A stretch of DNA of 64,000 nucleotides from an uncultured Candidatus Saccharibacteria bacterium (GTDB taxonomy: Bacteria; Patescibacteriota; Minisyncoccia; UBA6257; 2-01-FULL-56-20). Below the pieces are notes generated by a model. That model was not told the DNA's origin. It saw only the letters and a program-made list of their open reading frames with translations, and searched no databases. Positions 1-9,784 of the stretch are shown piece after piece; position 1 is the stretch's first letter; each line of letters begins with the position of its first letter. The stretch lies in contig OZ246418.1 in NCBI GenBank assembly GCA_965231155.1, positions 637,710 to 701,709 of the forward strand, read 5' to 3'. A program made the translations under genes and the position numbers.

Positions 1-867
1 GCTGGACGCGAGGGACAGTTTACGACTTCGCGACAGATTCGCGAGCGATTATACCGCGAGCTGGAGTCGGATATGTCTTTGCGAGTTGATGAAACGCCGG
101 ATGCGAAATGGATTATCTCGGGACGTGGCGAGTTGCACTTAGCAATTTTTATTGAACGATTGCGTCGCGAAGGATATGAGTTCCAGGTTTCGCGTCCTCA
201 GGTGATTGAGAAGGAAGAAAATGGAAAGAAGACTGTGCCGTTTGAACGGGTCTTTATTGAAGTGCCGGAAATGTATTACGGCGCGGTAATTCAGAAGCTT
301 GGTGGTCGTCATGGCGAGCTGAAGGACATGAAGAACGAGAATGGTACGGTTTTCTTGGAGTTTGCGATCCCAACTCGTGGACTTTTTGGATATCGCGATG
401 AATTTTTAACGGACACGAAAGGTTTGGGTATTATCAATACCATGTTTGACGAATATAGGGTTGATAGCCAGGCTTGGAAAGATGCCGAAAGGGGATCGTT
501 GGTGGTGTATGAGAGTGGCACTTCTAACCTTTACGGTCTTATCAATGTGCAGGATCGAGGAGTTTTGTTTATTGGCCCTGGCGTAGAGGTCTACAAAGGA
601 CAGGTGGTTGGCCAGAACTCTCGCACGCAGGATATGCGTATTAACGTGTGCAAGACGAAAGAGCTTTCCAATATGCGTTCCAAGAACGATGGCGCGAGTG
701 ATCACTTCGATACGCCAAAAGAAAAAGGCCTTGAGGACGCGCTCGAGTATATTGGTGACGATGAACTTGTGGAGGTAACGCCGAAGAGCGTGCGTATCCG
801 AAAAATGATTTTGGACGAGGCTGAGGAGAAACGCCTCAAATCTTTGAGCGGCCAGGCGAAGAAGTAG
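1..867 (+). CDS. typA: Translational GTPase TypA/BipA, C-terminal part. The 5' end is truncated by the window edge; the frame is open from position 1.
   Basis: The reading frame is open from nt 1 (…GQFTTSRQIRERLYRELESD…), and the C-terminal beta-barrel region resembles BipA domains IV/V-CTD. Confidence 0.7.
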   Translation, partial: AGREGQFTTSRQIRERLYRELESDMSLRVDETPDAKWIISGRGELHLAIFIERLRREGYEFQVSRPQVIEKEENGKKTVPFERVFIEVPEMYYGAVIQKLGGRHGELKDMKNENGTVFLEFAIPTRGLFGYRDEFLTDTKGLGIINTMFDEYRVDSQAWKDAERGSLVVYESGTSNLYGLINVQDRGVLFIGPGVEVYKGQVVGQNSRTQDMRINVCKTKELSNMRSKNDGASDHFDTPKEKGLEDALEYIGDDELVEVTPKSVRIRKMILDEAEEKRLKSLSGQAKK

Positions 868-885
868 GATTTATTAGGATTGAAA

Positions 886-925
886 TAAAAAAGCCCAGCC
901 AGAAATGAATTCCGGTTGGGCTTTG
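886..925. terminator. Bidirectional rho-independent terminator between typA and the convergent gene at 938-1249.
   Basis: The palindrome AAGCCCAGCC…GGTTGGGCTT is flanked by an A-run and a T-run. Confidence 0.55.
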
Positions 926-937
926 GCTTTTCAAGGC

Positions 938-1249
938 CTAAACTACCTTGAAGTTGGTGAACTTTGGGGCTAGAGGCTCGAGCTTTCCGACTGTGCCGTT
1001 GGGCAGGAAGGCCACGTGGGCGAAGCCTTCTTCCATGGCCACCGATGGGATTGGCCGCTCCATAGGGAGAATGACCGCTGCTGGTTTGAGTCTTCTACAG
1101 TCTTCAGCGTGTTCTCTGTAGTCTTTCGGGTCGCTTCGCTGCCATTCGAAGGCGGATCCTTTGGGGAAGCATCTTTGGAGTTCTGCCACTTCGAGACGCT
1201 CCAGATCCGCAGGATCTCTGCGTAGAACTAGTATCAAATAACGCGCCAT
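938..1249 (-). CDS. Hypothetical protein of 103 aa.
   Basis: ORF only, with slightly elevated GC (about 53%). No motif was recognised. Confidence 0.35.
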   Translation of the reverse strand: MARYLILVLRRDPADLERLEVAELQRCFPKGSAFEWQRSDPKDYREHAEDCRRLKPAAVILPMERPIPSVAMEEGFAHVAFLPNGTVGKLEPLAPKFTNFKVV

Positions 1250-1389
1250 AGCCTTGGTTCTCCTTTTGGCGTTTTAAACTCCGCATACTATCACATATAG
1301 ATAGATAGGAGTCAATTTTGTAAAAGCTCGAGATTCTTGGGTTATATTAAAAATAGGAAACTCAGAGTAGGATTAGAAGAATCAATTTT

Positions 1390-2784
1390 ATGCCACGGAA
1401 GAAAAATATTGTACAAGCGACGCTTTGGTCTTTGGGTGGCGAGCAGTCTCAACCGAAGAAAGAGCCCAAAGTGAGAAAAGAAAAAGTTCAGAAGTTGGTA
1501 CTACCCAAGATTCAGGAGCCTGAGCCGGAGTCTTTGGTGTTTTCGGTTGGCGACTATCTTTCGCATCTTTCGAGGCTGGTTGGCGCGAAAGAAGTTTTGG
1601 TGCAGGGAGAGATCTCGGGATACAAGACGCATCCGGCGGGAGCTTTTTTTTCATTAAAAGATCAGGAAGGCGATGGGCTTCTGCGGTGCTACATGCCACC
1701 CAGATATTTGCATCAGTTAGGATTTGATCTTGAGGATGGGTTATTGGTACAAGCAACCGGTGTTGCCAGTATTTACCGTCCGCGTGGCGAGCTAAGTTTT
1801 ACAGTTTCGAATATTTCTTTGGTTGGTGATGGATCGTTGCGACAGGCGTATGAGGCGTTGAAGAGAAAACTAGAAGAAGAGGGACTTTTCGTGCGTAAAC
1901 GTGAGCTACCAGAATTTATACAACGGATTGGTTTGGTGACCGCCAAGACGGGCGAGGTGATCCATGATTTTCGTCGTAATTTAAAAATGCTTGGTTTTAA
2001 AATTGATTTTATTGATGTTCGAGTGCAGGGATCTGAAGCCCCGGTACAGGTTGTTGAGGCTATCCAGACGTTTAATAGAAAACGAGAGGTGGAGATTATT
2101 GTGGTTATGCGTGGTGGAGGTAGTCTTGAGGATTTGCAGGCGTTTAATGATGAGCGGGTGGCGAGGGCGATATTTCGATCAGATATTCCAGTTTTAGCAG
2201 CTATTGGTCATGCGCGGGATATTCCGATTGCCTATATGGTTGCTGATGCGGCGGCTGATACGCCAACTGCGGCGGCCGTGACGATGAATCGTTCGTGGCA
2301 AAGATTAGAAAGTTCTCTGCCACTTTTACGGGTTGATTTGCTTAGTAATTTTCTAGTTGTTTTAGAGGAGAAGAAAAACGAAGTACGAGCCGGTCTTGAG
2401 CGTTTACTTTTTGGTATCGATCGGCTTTTGCAGATTCCGAAGGAGTTTCGTCGGAGGCTTATTCGTGAGATTCGGGCGATTGAAAAGAAGAGGTTTGAGA
2501 TTCGGGATCTGGCTCGCCGAGAGCTCGCGCGTATAGTACAATCACTAGGCATTTATATCAGGCAGGCAAGAGAAAGTGTGGGTTCTGCTCATGTCTATAT
2601 TCAGGGAGTAAGTCCGGAGCGGAATTTGCGTTTAGGGTATAGCATTGTGACGGGTGATGATGGCCGGGTAGTGAGACAGACTAAGGATGTCGTTGTCGGT
2701 TCCAGTCTGAAAACATTACTGTCTGATGGTTCGTTTGTGTCGAAGGTAGAAATTATTGATAAAACAAAAGATCACCATGAATAA
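1390..2784 (+). CDS. xseA: Exodeoxyribonuclease VII large subunit.
   Basis: An N-terminal OB-fold region (GEISGYKTHPAG-AFFSLKD) is followed by a catalytic core with VMRGGGSLEDLQAFNDERVARAI, both typical of XseA. Confidence 0.85.
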   Translation: MPRKKNIVQATLWSLGGEQSQPKKEPKVRKEKVQKLVLPKIQEPEPESLVFSVGDYLSHLSRLVGAKEVLVQGEISGYKTHPAGAFFSLKDQEGDGLLRCYMPPRYLHQLGFDLEDGLLVQATGVASIYRPRGELSFTVSNISLVGDGSLRQAYEALKRKLEEEGLFVRKRELPEFIQRIGLVTAKTGEVIHDFRRNLKMLGFKIDFIDVRVQGSEAPVQVVEAIQTFNRKREVEIIVVMRGGGSLEDLQAFNDERVARAIFRSDIPVLAAIGHARDIPIAYMVADAAADTPTAAAVTMNRSWQRLESSLPLLRVDLLSNFLVVLEEKKNEVRAGLERLLFGIDRLLQIPKEFRRRLIREIRAIEKKRFEIRDLARRELARIVQSLGIYIRQARESVGSAHVYIQGVSPERNLRLGYSIVTGDDGRVVRQTKDVVVGSSLKTLLSDGSFVSKVEIIDKTKDHHE

Positions 2785-2995
2785 AGATAAAAAAGATAGC
2801 GTGAGCGAATCACTTTCTAAACTGGAGCAGATTACTCGTTGGTTTGATGCTCAGAAGGAAATTGATGTGGAGGATGGAATGCGTAAGGTGAAGGAGGGAG
2901 CAGTGCTGGTCAAAGAGTTGGAAAAAAGACTGGCTGAAATTGAGAATGAGTTTCGAGAAGTCAAAAAAGATTTAGGAGTTGAGGAGGAGTCTTAG
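2756..2995 (+). CDS. xseB: Exodeoxyribonuclease VII small subunit. The start may instead be the internal Met at 2777.
   Basis: A 70-79 aa helical protein placed immediately after and overlapping xseA, which is the conserved xseAB arrangement. Confidence 0.7.
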   Translation: MIKQKITMNKDKKDSVSESLSKLEQITRWFDAQKEIDVEDGMRKVKEGAVLVKELEKRLAEIENEFREVKKDLGVEEES

Positions 2996-3004
2996 AGACT
3001 TATT

Positions 3005-3652
3005 ATGCAGGGCTTACTGGATAGAGTAATAGAGGCGATTACTCAGTATGGTGCCTGGGGTGTTTTTGTAATCGCTTTTTTAGAAGAGGTTATTGCGCCC
3101 ATTCCATCAACGCTCACCATTATGGCGGCTGGGTTTGTGTTGCTTAGCCCATATTCGACTTTTTGGGAGGCCCTTTTTCCAGCCATTCTCTATATTGCGA
3201 TTCCAACTTCTTTGGGAATGGTTTTAGGTGGATTAATTATTTATGCCCTAGGTTATTATGGAGGCAAAGCGATTATTGATCGGTGGGGGAAGTGGTTTGG
3301 ACTTTCCTGGAGTTCGGTAGAAAAAATGCAAAAGTATTTTGAGCGAGGGCATGGTGACGAAATGGTACTTGTTGGGCTGAGGGTTATTCCGATATTCCCT
3401 AACTCGCTTATATCCGGTGTGTGTGGAGTTCTAAGATATCCTTTAAAACCTTTTATTATCCTTAGTTTTCTGGGAGGTATTCCGCGGGCTTTGTTAATGG
3501 CCATGTTGGGTTGGTGGGCGGAAAATACATACAGAGTTTACGGCGAGGCGTTGTCTGGAGTGGAGAGTTGGGTGGTTGGTTTTGGTGGGTTAATCGGGGT
3601 GATTTTACTTATCTCTTTGATAGTCAAGAAGAAGAAAAATGAGAATTCCTAG
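3005..3652 (+). CDS. DedA/SNARE-associated (TVP38) family membrane protein.
   Basis: Polytopic membrane protein whose motif VFVIAFLEEVIAPIPS…GYYGG is typical of DedA. Confidence 0.65.
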   Translation: MQGLLDRVIEAITQYGAWGVFVIAFLEEVIAPIPSTLTIMAAGFVLLSPYSTFWEALFPAILYIAIPTSLGMVLGGLIIYALGYYGGKAIIDRWGKWFGLSWSSVEKMQKYFERGHGDEMVLVGLRVIPIFPNSLISGVCGVLRYPLKPFIILSFLGGIPRALLMAMLGWWAENTYRVYGEALSGVESWVVGFGGLIGVILLISLIVKKKKNENS

Positions 3653-4226
3653 TTCGATTATTACAACTCTTCGGAATGGTGGGGTGGGGGTAATGCCAAC
3701 TGATACAGTCTATGGCTTGGTTGGGATTGCTCGTAGCCCTGAAGCTGTGGAAAGAATCTTCAAGGTGAGGAAAAGAAATATTCATAAACCTTTTATTATT
3801 CTTATTTCGCACATTGACGAAATTGAGCTTTTTGGTGTTCATCTTAATGTTGAGGACAAAAAAATTCTCGGGCGAATTTGGCCAGGCCCAGTGAGTGTTG
3901 TCTTGCCGTGTGGAGATAAAAAGTTTCGTTACTTGCATCGTGGAAAAAAGTCTTTAGCGTTCCGTTTAGGAAAAGTTTCTTGGTTGCATAGTTTGATTAA
4001 AAAAACTGGCCCATTGGTTGCTCCTAGTGCTAATCCGTCCGGTCTCCCAACGGCGAGTTCTATTGCTATGGCAAAAAAATATTTTAAAAAGGATATCGAT
4101 TTTTATGTTGCTGGAAAGGTTTTATCCGGTTTACCATCGACCGTCATTCGTTTGAAGAATGGGAAAGTGATAGTGGAGAGAGAAGGGGTTATTTCTAAGA
4201 CAGATATCAGAAAGATGGTGTCATAA
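3639..4226 (+). CDS. tsaC: L-threonylcarbamoyladenylate synthase, YrdC/TsaC (Sua5) family.
   Basis: Motifs PTDTVYGL, KxR…KP, and SANxSG match the YrdC domain. Confidence 0.75.
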   Translation: MRIPSSIITTLRNGGVGVMPTDTVYGLVGIARSPEAVERIFKVRKRNIHKPFIILISHIDEIELFGVHLNVEDKKILGRIWPGPVSVVLPCGDKKFRYLHRGKKSLAFRLGKVSWLHSLIKKTGPLVAPSANPSGLPTASSIAMAKKYFKKDIDFYVAGKVLSGLPSTVIRLKNGKVIVEREGVISKTDIRKMVS

Positions 4227-4242
4227 GTTCTCCACAGCTATC

Positions 4243-4271
4243 TTTGACAATTCATCTGAGGCGGTTAGACT
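4243..4271 (+). promoter_or_regulatory. Candidate sigma70-like promoter (TTGACA N16 TAGACT) upstream of the 4278 gene.
   Basis: A -35 consensus hexamer is read directly in the sequence. The -10 hexamer is only a partial match. Confidence 0.3.
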
Positions 4272-4277
4272 GAAAAC

Positions 4278-5222
4278 ATGCGTAAAACATTATTATCGTT
4301 AGTATTAGTATCGTCAGTTGTGTCGCCAGTAGCGTATGCCCAAGATCCAGGAATGAGGACGCCACCACCGCCACGAGAAGTAGTTCGTGAACAGATTCAG
4401 AATACGAGGAAGGAGGGGCGTTCGGATATTCGAGAGATGCGAGCCAGTACCACAGAGCAGATGCGTCAAGCGCGAACAAATATGGTTTCTACAACCAGGG
4501 ATGTTCGGGATGGAGCACGTGATAGCATTCAGGATCTGAGGGAGGATGCTCGAGAGAGATTAAACAATGCAAGTGGTTCTGATCGTGAGGCTATTATGAA
4601 GCAGCTTCGAATGGAGTCTGAGGAGATTCGAGAGAAGGCTCGAGAAGAGGTGAAGAATGCCCGAGAGAAGTTTTTGAGTTCAATGGAGGAGAAGAGAGAG
4701 GCGCTTAAAACAAAAATTGAAGCTAGTCGTGAAGCTTTGAAGAAAAAGATTGAAGGCTTTAAGGATGAACGGAAGAAGGAGGTTGCCTCGAATGTAGGTG
4801 AGAATCTCAATAAAGTGAATGAGTCGGCTACGAATCAGTTGGGTAAGGCCTTGGATCAGTTGAGTGATGTTTTGGGAAGAGTATCTTCTCGGGCAGACAA
4901 AGCTTCTGATCGTGGTCTCGATGTTTCCGCAGTTCGAACAGAGATAGGGAATGCCAGTAGTGCTATTGGAGTGGCTCGAACTGCTGTTCTGGCACAGGTG
5001 GCAAAAACTTATTCGGTAACAATTACGACCGAGGAGAAACTCAAGAGCGACCTCGAAGCCGCTCGTAAGTCACTCCGAGGAGATATCGAGAAAGTACGGG
5101 AGCTGGTGAAGACCGCTCGCGAATCAGTGAGAAAAGCCGCTACCACACTTGCTCAGATTCCTCGTGTAGATGACGATTCGTCCGTGCCAGCTACTACTAC
5201 AGCAACTTCGTCAACCCAGTAG
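4278..5222 (+). CDS. Secreted protein rich in coiled-coil Arg/Glu repeats, with a signal peptide. Hypothetical.
   Basis: N-terminal signal peptide MRKTLLSLVLVSSVVSPVAYA, followed by a repetitive RE/AREE coiled-coil-like sequence and a Thr/Ser tail. Confidence 0.5.
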   Translation: MRKTLLSLVLVSSVVSPVAYAQDPGMRTPPPPREVVREQIQNTRKEGRSDIREMRASTTEQMRQARTNMVSTTRDVRDGARDSIQDLREDARERLNNASGSDREAIMKQLRMESEEIREKAREEVKNAREKFLSSMEEKREALKTKIEASREALKKKIEGFKDERKKEVASNVGENLNKVNESATNQLGKALDQLSDVLGRVSSRADKASDRGLDVSAVRTEIGNASSAIGVARTAVLAQVAKTYSVTITTEEKLKSDLEAARKSLRGDIEKVRELVKTARESVRKAATTLAQIPRVDDDSSVPATTTATSSTQ

Positions 5223-5251
5223 AATATTCCCCTAAAAATACTTACCATACT

Positions 5252-5506
5252 ATGGAAAATAACAAAGGCAGTCTCATTACTATCGTTATCATCATCGTTG
5301 TAGTCTTGCTTGGAGTAGCGTTATGGTGGTCGCAGAATAGCAGTGTGCCAACCACACCTACGGAATCGAACACTTCTTCGACGACAATGATCCAGCAACA
5401 AGCCGCAGATCTCACCGCGACGATTCAGGCGGATCTCGATAGTATCGATACCGGTAGCACAACCCAGGACCTGGAGGTCATTGATTCAAATATCAATTCT
5501 CTGTAG
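5252..5506 (+). CDS. Small membrane-anchored Ser/Thr-rich protein of 84 aa. Hypothetical.
   Basis: One N-terminal TM helix (LITIVIIIVVVLLGVALWW) and a following terminator hairpin. Confidence 0.45.
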   Translation: MENNKGSLITIVIIIVVVLLGVALWWSQNSSVPTTPTESNTSSTTMIQQQAADLTATIQADLDSIDTGSTTQDLEVIDSNINSL

Positions 5507-5531
5507 TTTTCGGGAATACTTTAAGAATTGA

Positions 5532-5565
5532 AAAGCCTAGCAGATAATGCTAGGCTTTTCATATT
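5532..5565 (+). terminator. Rho-independent terminator.
   Basis: The hairpin AAGCCTAGCA-GATAAT-GCTAGGCTT is followed by TTTC. Confidence 0.6.
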
Positions 5566-5582
5566 GTTTTTTAATTTTCTAT

Positions 5583-6986
5583 ATGCCACACACAAAAAAA
5601 ATAAAAATAGTTGCCACTCTTGGACCGGCTAGTGATAACGAGGAGATGATTGAGAAGTTGGTACGTGCGGGAGTTAATATCTTCCGTCTGAACTTTTCTC
5701 ATAGTGAATGGGACTATTTCAGTACGGTTATTGATCGAATTCGTAGGGTAGAGAAGCGGGTTGGTTTCCCTTTGGGGATTATCGGAGATGTTCCGGGGCC
5801 AAAGATTCGTATTGGTAGTGTTGGCGAAGGGGTGGAGTTACGTCCTGGAAATCGAATTCGAATTACCGGACAGTCAATGATCGGTTCTCGAGAAATTATT
5901 TCAGTTAATTTTCCGGCAATCTTAAAACATATCAAGAAAGGTACAGAGATTTATCTTTCCGATGGTATGATCAAGATGGAGGCTGAGAAGATTGATAGCG
6001 AGGGAGTAATTGCCAAGGTGACGGGAGGAGGACTTCTTCGCTCTCGAATGGGTTTTTCAGCCCAAGGGATGGCTCTTGATGCGTTTGCATTGACGGCTCG
6101 AGATCGACTTTTCATTAAAAAATTAGTTTCAGCTGGTTTGGATATGGTTGCGATTTCATTTGTACAGACAGATAAAGATGTCTTGAGAGTTTCCCGACTT
6201 CTTCCGAAAAAGAATCGTCCGATGTTGGTGGTGAAGATTGAGACAGCAAAAGCAGTTGAGAATATTGAATCCATCTTGGCAGTGTCCGATGGGTTGATGA
6301 TTGCACGTGGCGACTTAGGTTTTTCGATTCCTTATCCAGAACTTCCGCACGTACAGAAAAAACTTATTGATTTGTGTCTGAAGAATGCCAAGCCAGTAAT
6401 TACCGCGACTCAGATGCTTGAGTCTATGATTCATAATCATTTTCCGACTCGTGCTGAAGTGAGTGACGTAGCGAATGCTATTTTGGATGGGACCGACGCT
6501 GTTATGCTCTCGGCCGAGACGGCTATTGGTGATTTTCCTGAGGAAACGGTTAAAACTATGACGCGGATTATCCAGGGTGCGGTTCCTCGAGTAATCGAAC
6601 GAGAATTTTCTGATAAGAAGACGACTGCTGACGCAGTGGCAGCTTCGGCAGTGAAAATTGCTCATCAGCTTGATGCCCGATTAATTGTGGTTTTCACCCA
6701 TAGTGGTGCTACGGCTCGTCGAATTGCTCGTCATCGTACTACCCAGCCGATTATTGCTCTATCTTCTGAAGAAAGAACAGTTCGAGAATTAATACTGAGT
6801 GGTAATGTGACTGCTCTGAAGGCGCATGTGAGTAAAGATGTTGCCCAGCTTATTATTCAGGCCAGAGAAGTAGCTCGAAATAATCCTATCGTCCGACTGA
6901 AGAAGGGGGAATCTTTCGTGATTAGTGCGGGTTTGCCGTTTGGTCAGAGTGGAGGAACAAATTTGGTTTTAATTGAGAAGGCTTAA
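5583..6986 (+). CDS. pyk: Pyruvate kinase. The start is taken at MPHTKK; the ORF track begins 12 codons upstream.
   Basis: KIVATLGPAS…NIFRLNFSHS and the general PK barrel/C-domain layout. Confidence 0.85.
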   Translation: MPHTKKIKIVATLGPASDNEEMIEKLVRAGVNIFRLNFSHSEWDYFSTVIDRIRRVEKRVGFPLGIIGDVPGPKIRIGSVGEGVELRPGNRIRITGQSMIGSREIISVNFPAILKHIKKGTEIYLSDGMIKMEAEKIDSEGVIAKVTGGGLLRSRMGFSAQGMALDAFALTARDRLFIKKLVSAGLDMVAISFVQTDKDVLRVSRLLPKKNRPMLVVKIETAKAVENIESILAVSDGLMIARGDLGFSIPYPELPHVQKKLIDLCLKNAKPVITATQMLESMIHNHFPTRAEVSDVANAILDGTDAVMLSAETAIGDFPEETVKTMTRIIQGAVPRVIEREFSDKKTTADAVAASAVKIAHQLDARLIVVFTHSGATARRIARHRTTQPIIALSSEERTVRELILSGNVTALKAHVSKDVAQLIIQAREVARNNPIVRLKKGESFVISAGLPFGQSGGTNLVLIEKA

Positions 6987-7003
6987 GAGACGCGAAGAAT
7001 CTT

Positions 7004-8194
7004 GTGTTTAAAATAGTTAAAGAATCGAATACATCAAATGCTCGTTTGGGTGTGATCGAGACACCTCATGGCATCGTGGAGACGCCTGCCTATGTCATCG
7101 TCGGTACTCATGCCGAGGTGCGGTGTCTGACGCCGGTTGATCTGGAGGCTTCTGAAACGCAGTTGATTATTGCAAATACTTATCACCTTTGGCGGGAGCT
7201 GGGGGATGAAGGATTAGCGAGCTATCCGGGACTTCATGCGGATATGCAGTGGCCTCATCCGATTATGACCGATTCCGGCGGGTTTCAGGTTTTTAGTTTG
7301 GGCGTTGCGCGAGAGGATGGCATGGGCAAGGTGAAAAAAGAGAGTGGTGATGTGATCGAGCCAGGAGAGAATTTAGTGCGGGTGACTGAGTCGGGAGTGT
7401 ATTTTATGGAGGATGGCGAGGAACAGTATCTTGATGCTGAGCTTTCGGTACGTATTCAGGAGCAACTCGGTGCGGATATTATCGTGGCTTTTGATGAACC
7501 GACTTCGCCAAATCATAGTTATGAATATACGAAGGAGTCTTTGCGACGAACGCACAAGTGGGCGGAGCGTTCGCTTGAGGCGCGGGTGACTAAGCAAATT
7601 ATGTATGGTGTGGTTCAGGGTGGTGCTTTTCCTGATTTACGAAAAGAAAGTGCTGAGTTTATTGGGCGTTTGCCTTTTGAAGGATTTGCGATTGGCGGAG
7701 CTTTTGGTGATTCATTTGGCAGTAAAAAAGATCAGATGATCACTGAGCTCGAAGCTTCGATTCCATTTTTGCCAAAAGATCGTCCGCGGCATCTTTTGGG
7801 TATTGGAAGAATTGAGGATTTATTTGTTGGGGTTGAGGCAGGGATCGATACATTCGACTGTGTGATTCCTACGCGTGAGGCTCGGCATGGTTCAGTCTGG
7901 ACCCGAGCTGGTCGGTTCGATCTCAAGAAATCAATATACGAAAATGATGACTCGCCAATTGATGAATTGTGTACGTGTCCCGTGTGTACTATTCATCAGA
8001 TCGATCGTCGTTCTTTGCGAAAGTTATTCAAAGATAAAGATCCTTTAGCTGGCCAGATGGCTACATTGCATAATGTGTATTTCTTTAATAATTTGATGTC
8101 CGAGATGCGCGCCGCAATAAAAAATGATGCCTGGGCTGAGCTTAAGAATCAGTATCTTTCTAAGAAGGATGGAGATCAGAGTCTCTCCGGCTAA
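7004..8194 (+). CDS. tgt: Queuine tRNA-ribosyltransferase.
   Basis: TPHGIVETPAYVIVGTHAEVR is present, and the zinc motif CTCPVCT lies near the C-terminus. Confidence 0.85.
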   Translation: MFKIVKESNTSNARLGVIETPHGIVETPAYVIVGTHAEVRCLTPVDLEASETQLIIANTYHLWRELGDEGLASYPGLHADMQWPHPIMTDSGGFQVFSLGVAREDGMGKVKKESGDVIEPGENLVRVTESGVYFMEDGEEQYLDAELSVRIQEQLGADIIVAFDEPTSPNHSYEYTKESLRRTHKWAERSLEARVTKQIMYGVVQGGAFPDLRKESAEFIGRLPFEGFAIGGAFGDSFGSKKDQMITELEASIPFLPKDRPRHLLGIGRIEDLFVGVEAGIDTFDCVIPTREARHGSVWTRAGRFDLKKSIYENDDSPIDELCTCPVCTIHQIDRRSLRKLFKDKDPLAGQMATLHNVYFFNNLMSEMRAAIKNDAWAELKNQYLSKKDGDQSLSG

Positions 8195-8999
8195 GGTTCG
8201 GCAGTTTCAACAGAAGATATGGGGATATTATGAAGCGCATGGTCGTGATATGCCGTGGCGCAACACGAGGAATCCTTATCGGATTTTTGTTTCTGAGATA
8301 ATGCTCCAACAGACACAGGTGGAGCGAGTGAAAGAAAAATATTTACTTTTCTTAAAATCATTTCCTAGTTTTGAAGTGTTAGCGGAAGCTTCGCTTCCTG
8401 AAGTACTTCGTGTCTGGCAGGGGTTGGGCTATAACCGGCGCGCTGCTTATCTCTTGCGATCAGCTCAGATTATAGTCAATGAGCATGACGCAAAGCTTCC
8501 ACGGGAAGAGGAGATGCTAATAACCCTGCCTGGTATTGGTCGAGGAACAGCCGGTTCAGTGTTGGCTTTCGCTTTTAATCTCCCGACAGTTTTTATCGAA
8601 ACGAATATTCGTCGAGTATTTATTCATGAGTTTTTTAAAGATCAGAAAAATATTACCGACGAAGATATTAGAGAGTTAGTGCGGAGAACCTTAGTTAAGG
8701 ATAATCCTCGAGAGTGGTATTACGCTCTTATGGACTATGGGTCTTTTCTCGCCAAAGAACTTGAGGGGAATCCTAATCGTGTGAGTCTGACATATCGGAA
8801 GCAAGCGACTTTCAAGGGATCGAGAAGGGAGGTTCGTGGAATCATTATTCGATTACTTTTAAAACGTGATATGTCCGTTCGGGATCTCATTCAACAGACC
8901 GAAAAAGATTCAGATCTCGTGTTTCAGGCACTTCGGGATTTAGAAAAAGAGAGAATTGTTCAGCAGAAAGGGGAGCTGTATGTATTGTCGGGAGAGTAG
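8169..8999 (+). CDS. HhH-GPD superfamily DNA glycosylase (MutY/EndoIII-like N-terminus) with no Fe-S cysteine cluster. Its start overlaps the tgt 3' end.
   Basis: The N-terminus VRQFQQKIWGYYEAHGRDMPWR…IFVSEIMLQQTQVERV matches the MutY-type helix-hairpin-helix fold, and LPGIGRGTAGSVLAF is the HhH-GPD loop. The protein contains no cysteines at all. Confidence 0.6.
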   Translation: MEIRVSPAKVRQFQQKIWGYYEAHGRDMPWRNTRNPYRIFVSEIMLQQTQVERVKEKYLLFLKSFPSFEVLAEASLPEVLRVWQGLGYNRRAAYLLRSAQIIVNEHDAKLPREEEMLITLPGIGRGTAGSVLAFAFNLPTVFIETNIRRVFIHEFFKDQKNITDEDIRELVRRTLVKDNPREWYYALMDYGSFLAKELEGNPNRVSLTYRKQATFKGSRREVRGIIIRLLLKRDMSVRDLIQQTEKDSDLVFQALRDLEKERIVQQKGELYVLSGE

Positions 9000-9032
9000 A
9001 AAATATGTGGAATATGTAGTACAAAAGAAGGT

Positions 9033-9782
9033 ATGACTAAGACTTCCTGGGAGAGAGTGGCGCCTTGGTATGATGAACTGCTTAAAGGGGATGACACCTA
9101 CCAGCTCAAGGTGATTTTGCCACAGCTTGAACGCTTGATGGAGATTAAGCGAGGCGAGGCTATTTTAGACCTGGCGTGTGGGCAGGGTTTTTTCTCAAAT
9201 CATTTCGAGAGGGCTGGTGGTGAGGTGATTGGCGTCGATGCTTCTCGACAGCTTATTGCTCGAGCCAAGGAGGCTTTTCGTCGAGTGAAATTTTATGTCG
9301 GTCAGGCTGACAAACTTTCTTTTATAAAAAATAAAACTGTCGATAAGGTAGCTATTATTTTAGCCATCCAGAACATTCAGGAAGTTGGTTCAGTTTTGAA
9401 GGAGTGCGCTCGTGTGATGAAGCCGGGAGGACGTTTGTTTATCGTGATGAATCATCCGAGCTTCCGTATTCCGAAGGCGAGCGGTTGGGGGTGGGATGAG
9501 GAGTATAAAACGCAGTATCGAAGAATCGATCAGTATCTGAGCGAGTCTAAGGCGAAGATCCAGATGCATCCTGGAGATGATCCGGATAGCCATACACTTT
9601 CTTTTCATCGTCCGTTACAGTTTTATTTTAAAACTTTGAAAAATAATGGTTTTTTAGTACGAAATATGGAGGAGTGGGAGTCGCATAAAAAGAGTCAGCC
9701 GGGGCCGAGGGCTAAGGCAGAAGATAAGGCACGCAAGGAGATTCCTCTTTTCCTTTTCCTTGAAGCGGTTAAATCAGAATAA
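9033..9782 (+). CDS. Class I SAM-dependent methyltransferase.
   Basis: SAM-binding motif I is ILDLACGQGFFS and motif post-I is VIGVDAS. The substrate is unknown. Confidence 0.65.
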   Translation: MTKTSWERVAPWYDELLKGDDTYQLKVILPQLERLMEIKRGEAILDLACGQGFFSNHFERAGGEVIGVDASRQLIARAKEAFRRVKFYVGQADKLSFIKNKTVDKVAIILAIQNIQEVGSVLKECARVMKPGGRLFIVMNHPSFRIPKASGWGWDEEYKTQYRRIDQYLSESKAKIQMHPGDDPDSHTLSFHRPLQFYFKTLKNNGFLVRNMEEWESHKKSQPGPRAKAEDKARKEIPLFLFLEAVKSE

Positions 9783-9784
9783 AT

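Noticed and set aside
8169-8999. Calling the HhH-GPD protein MutY specifically.
   Set aside because: No Fe-S cluster cysteines and no recognisable NUDIX-like C-terminal domain were found. Only the superfamily assignment is defensible.
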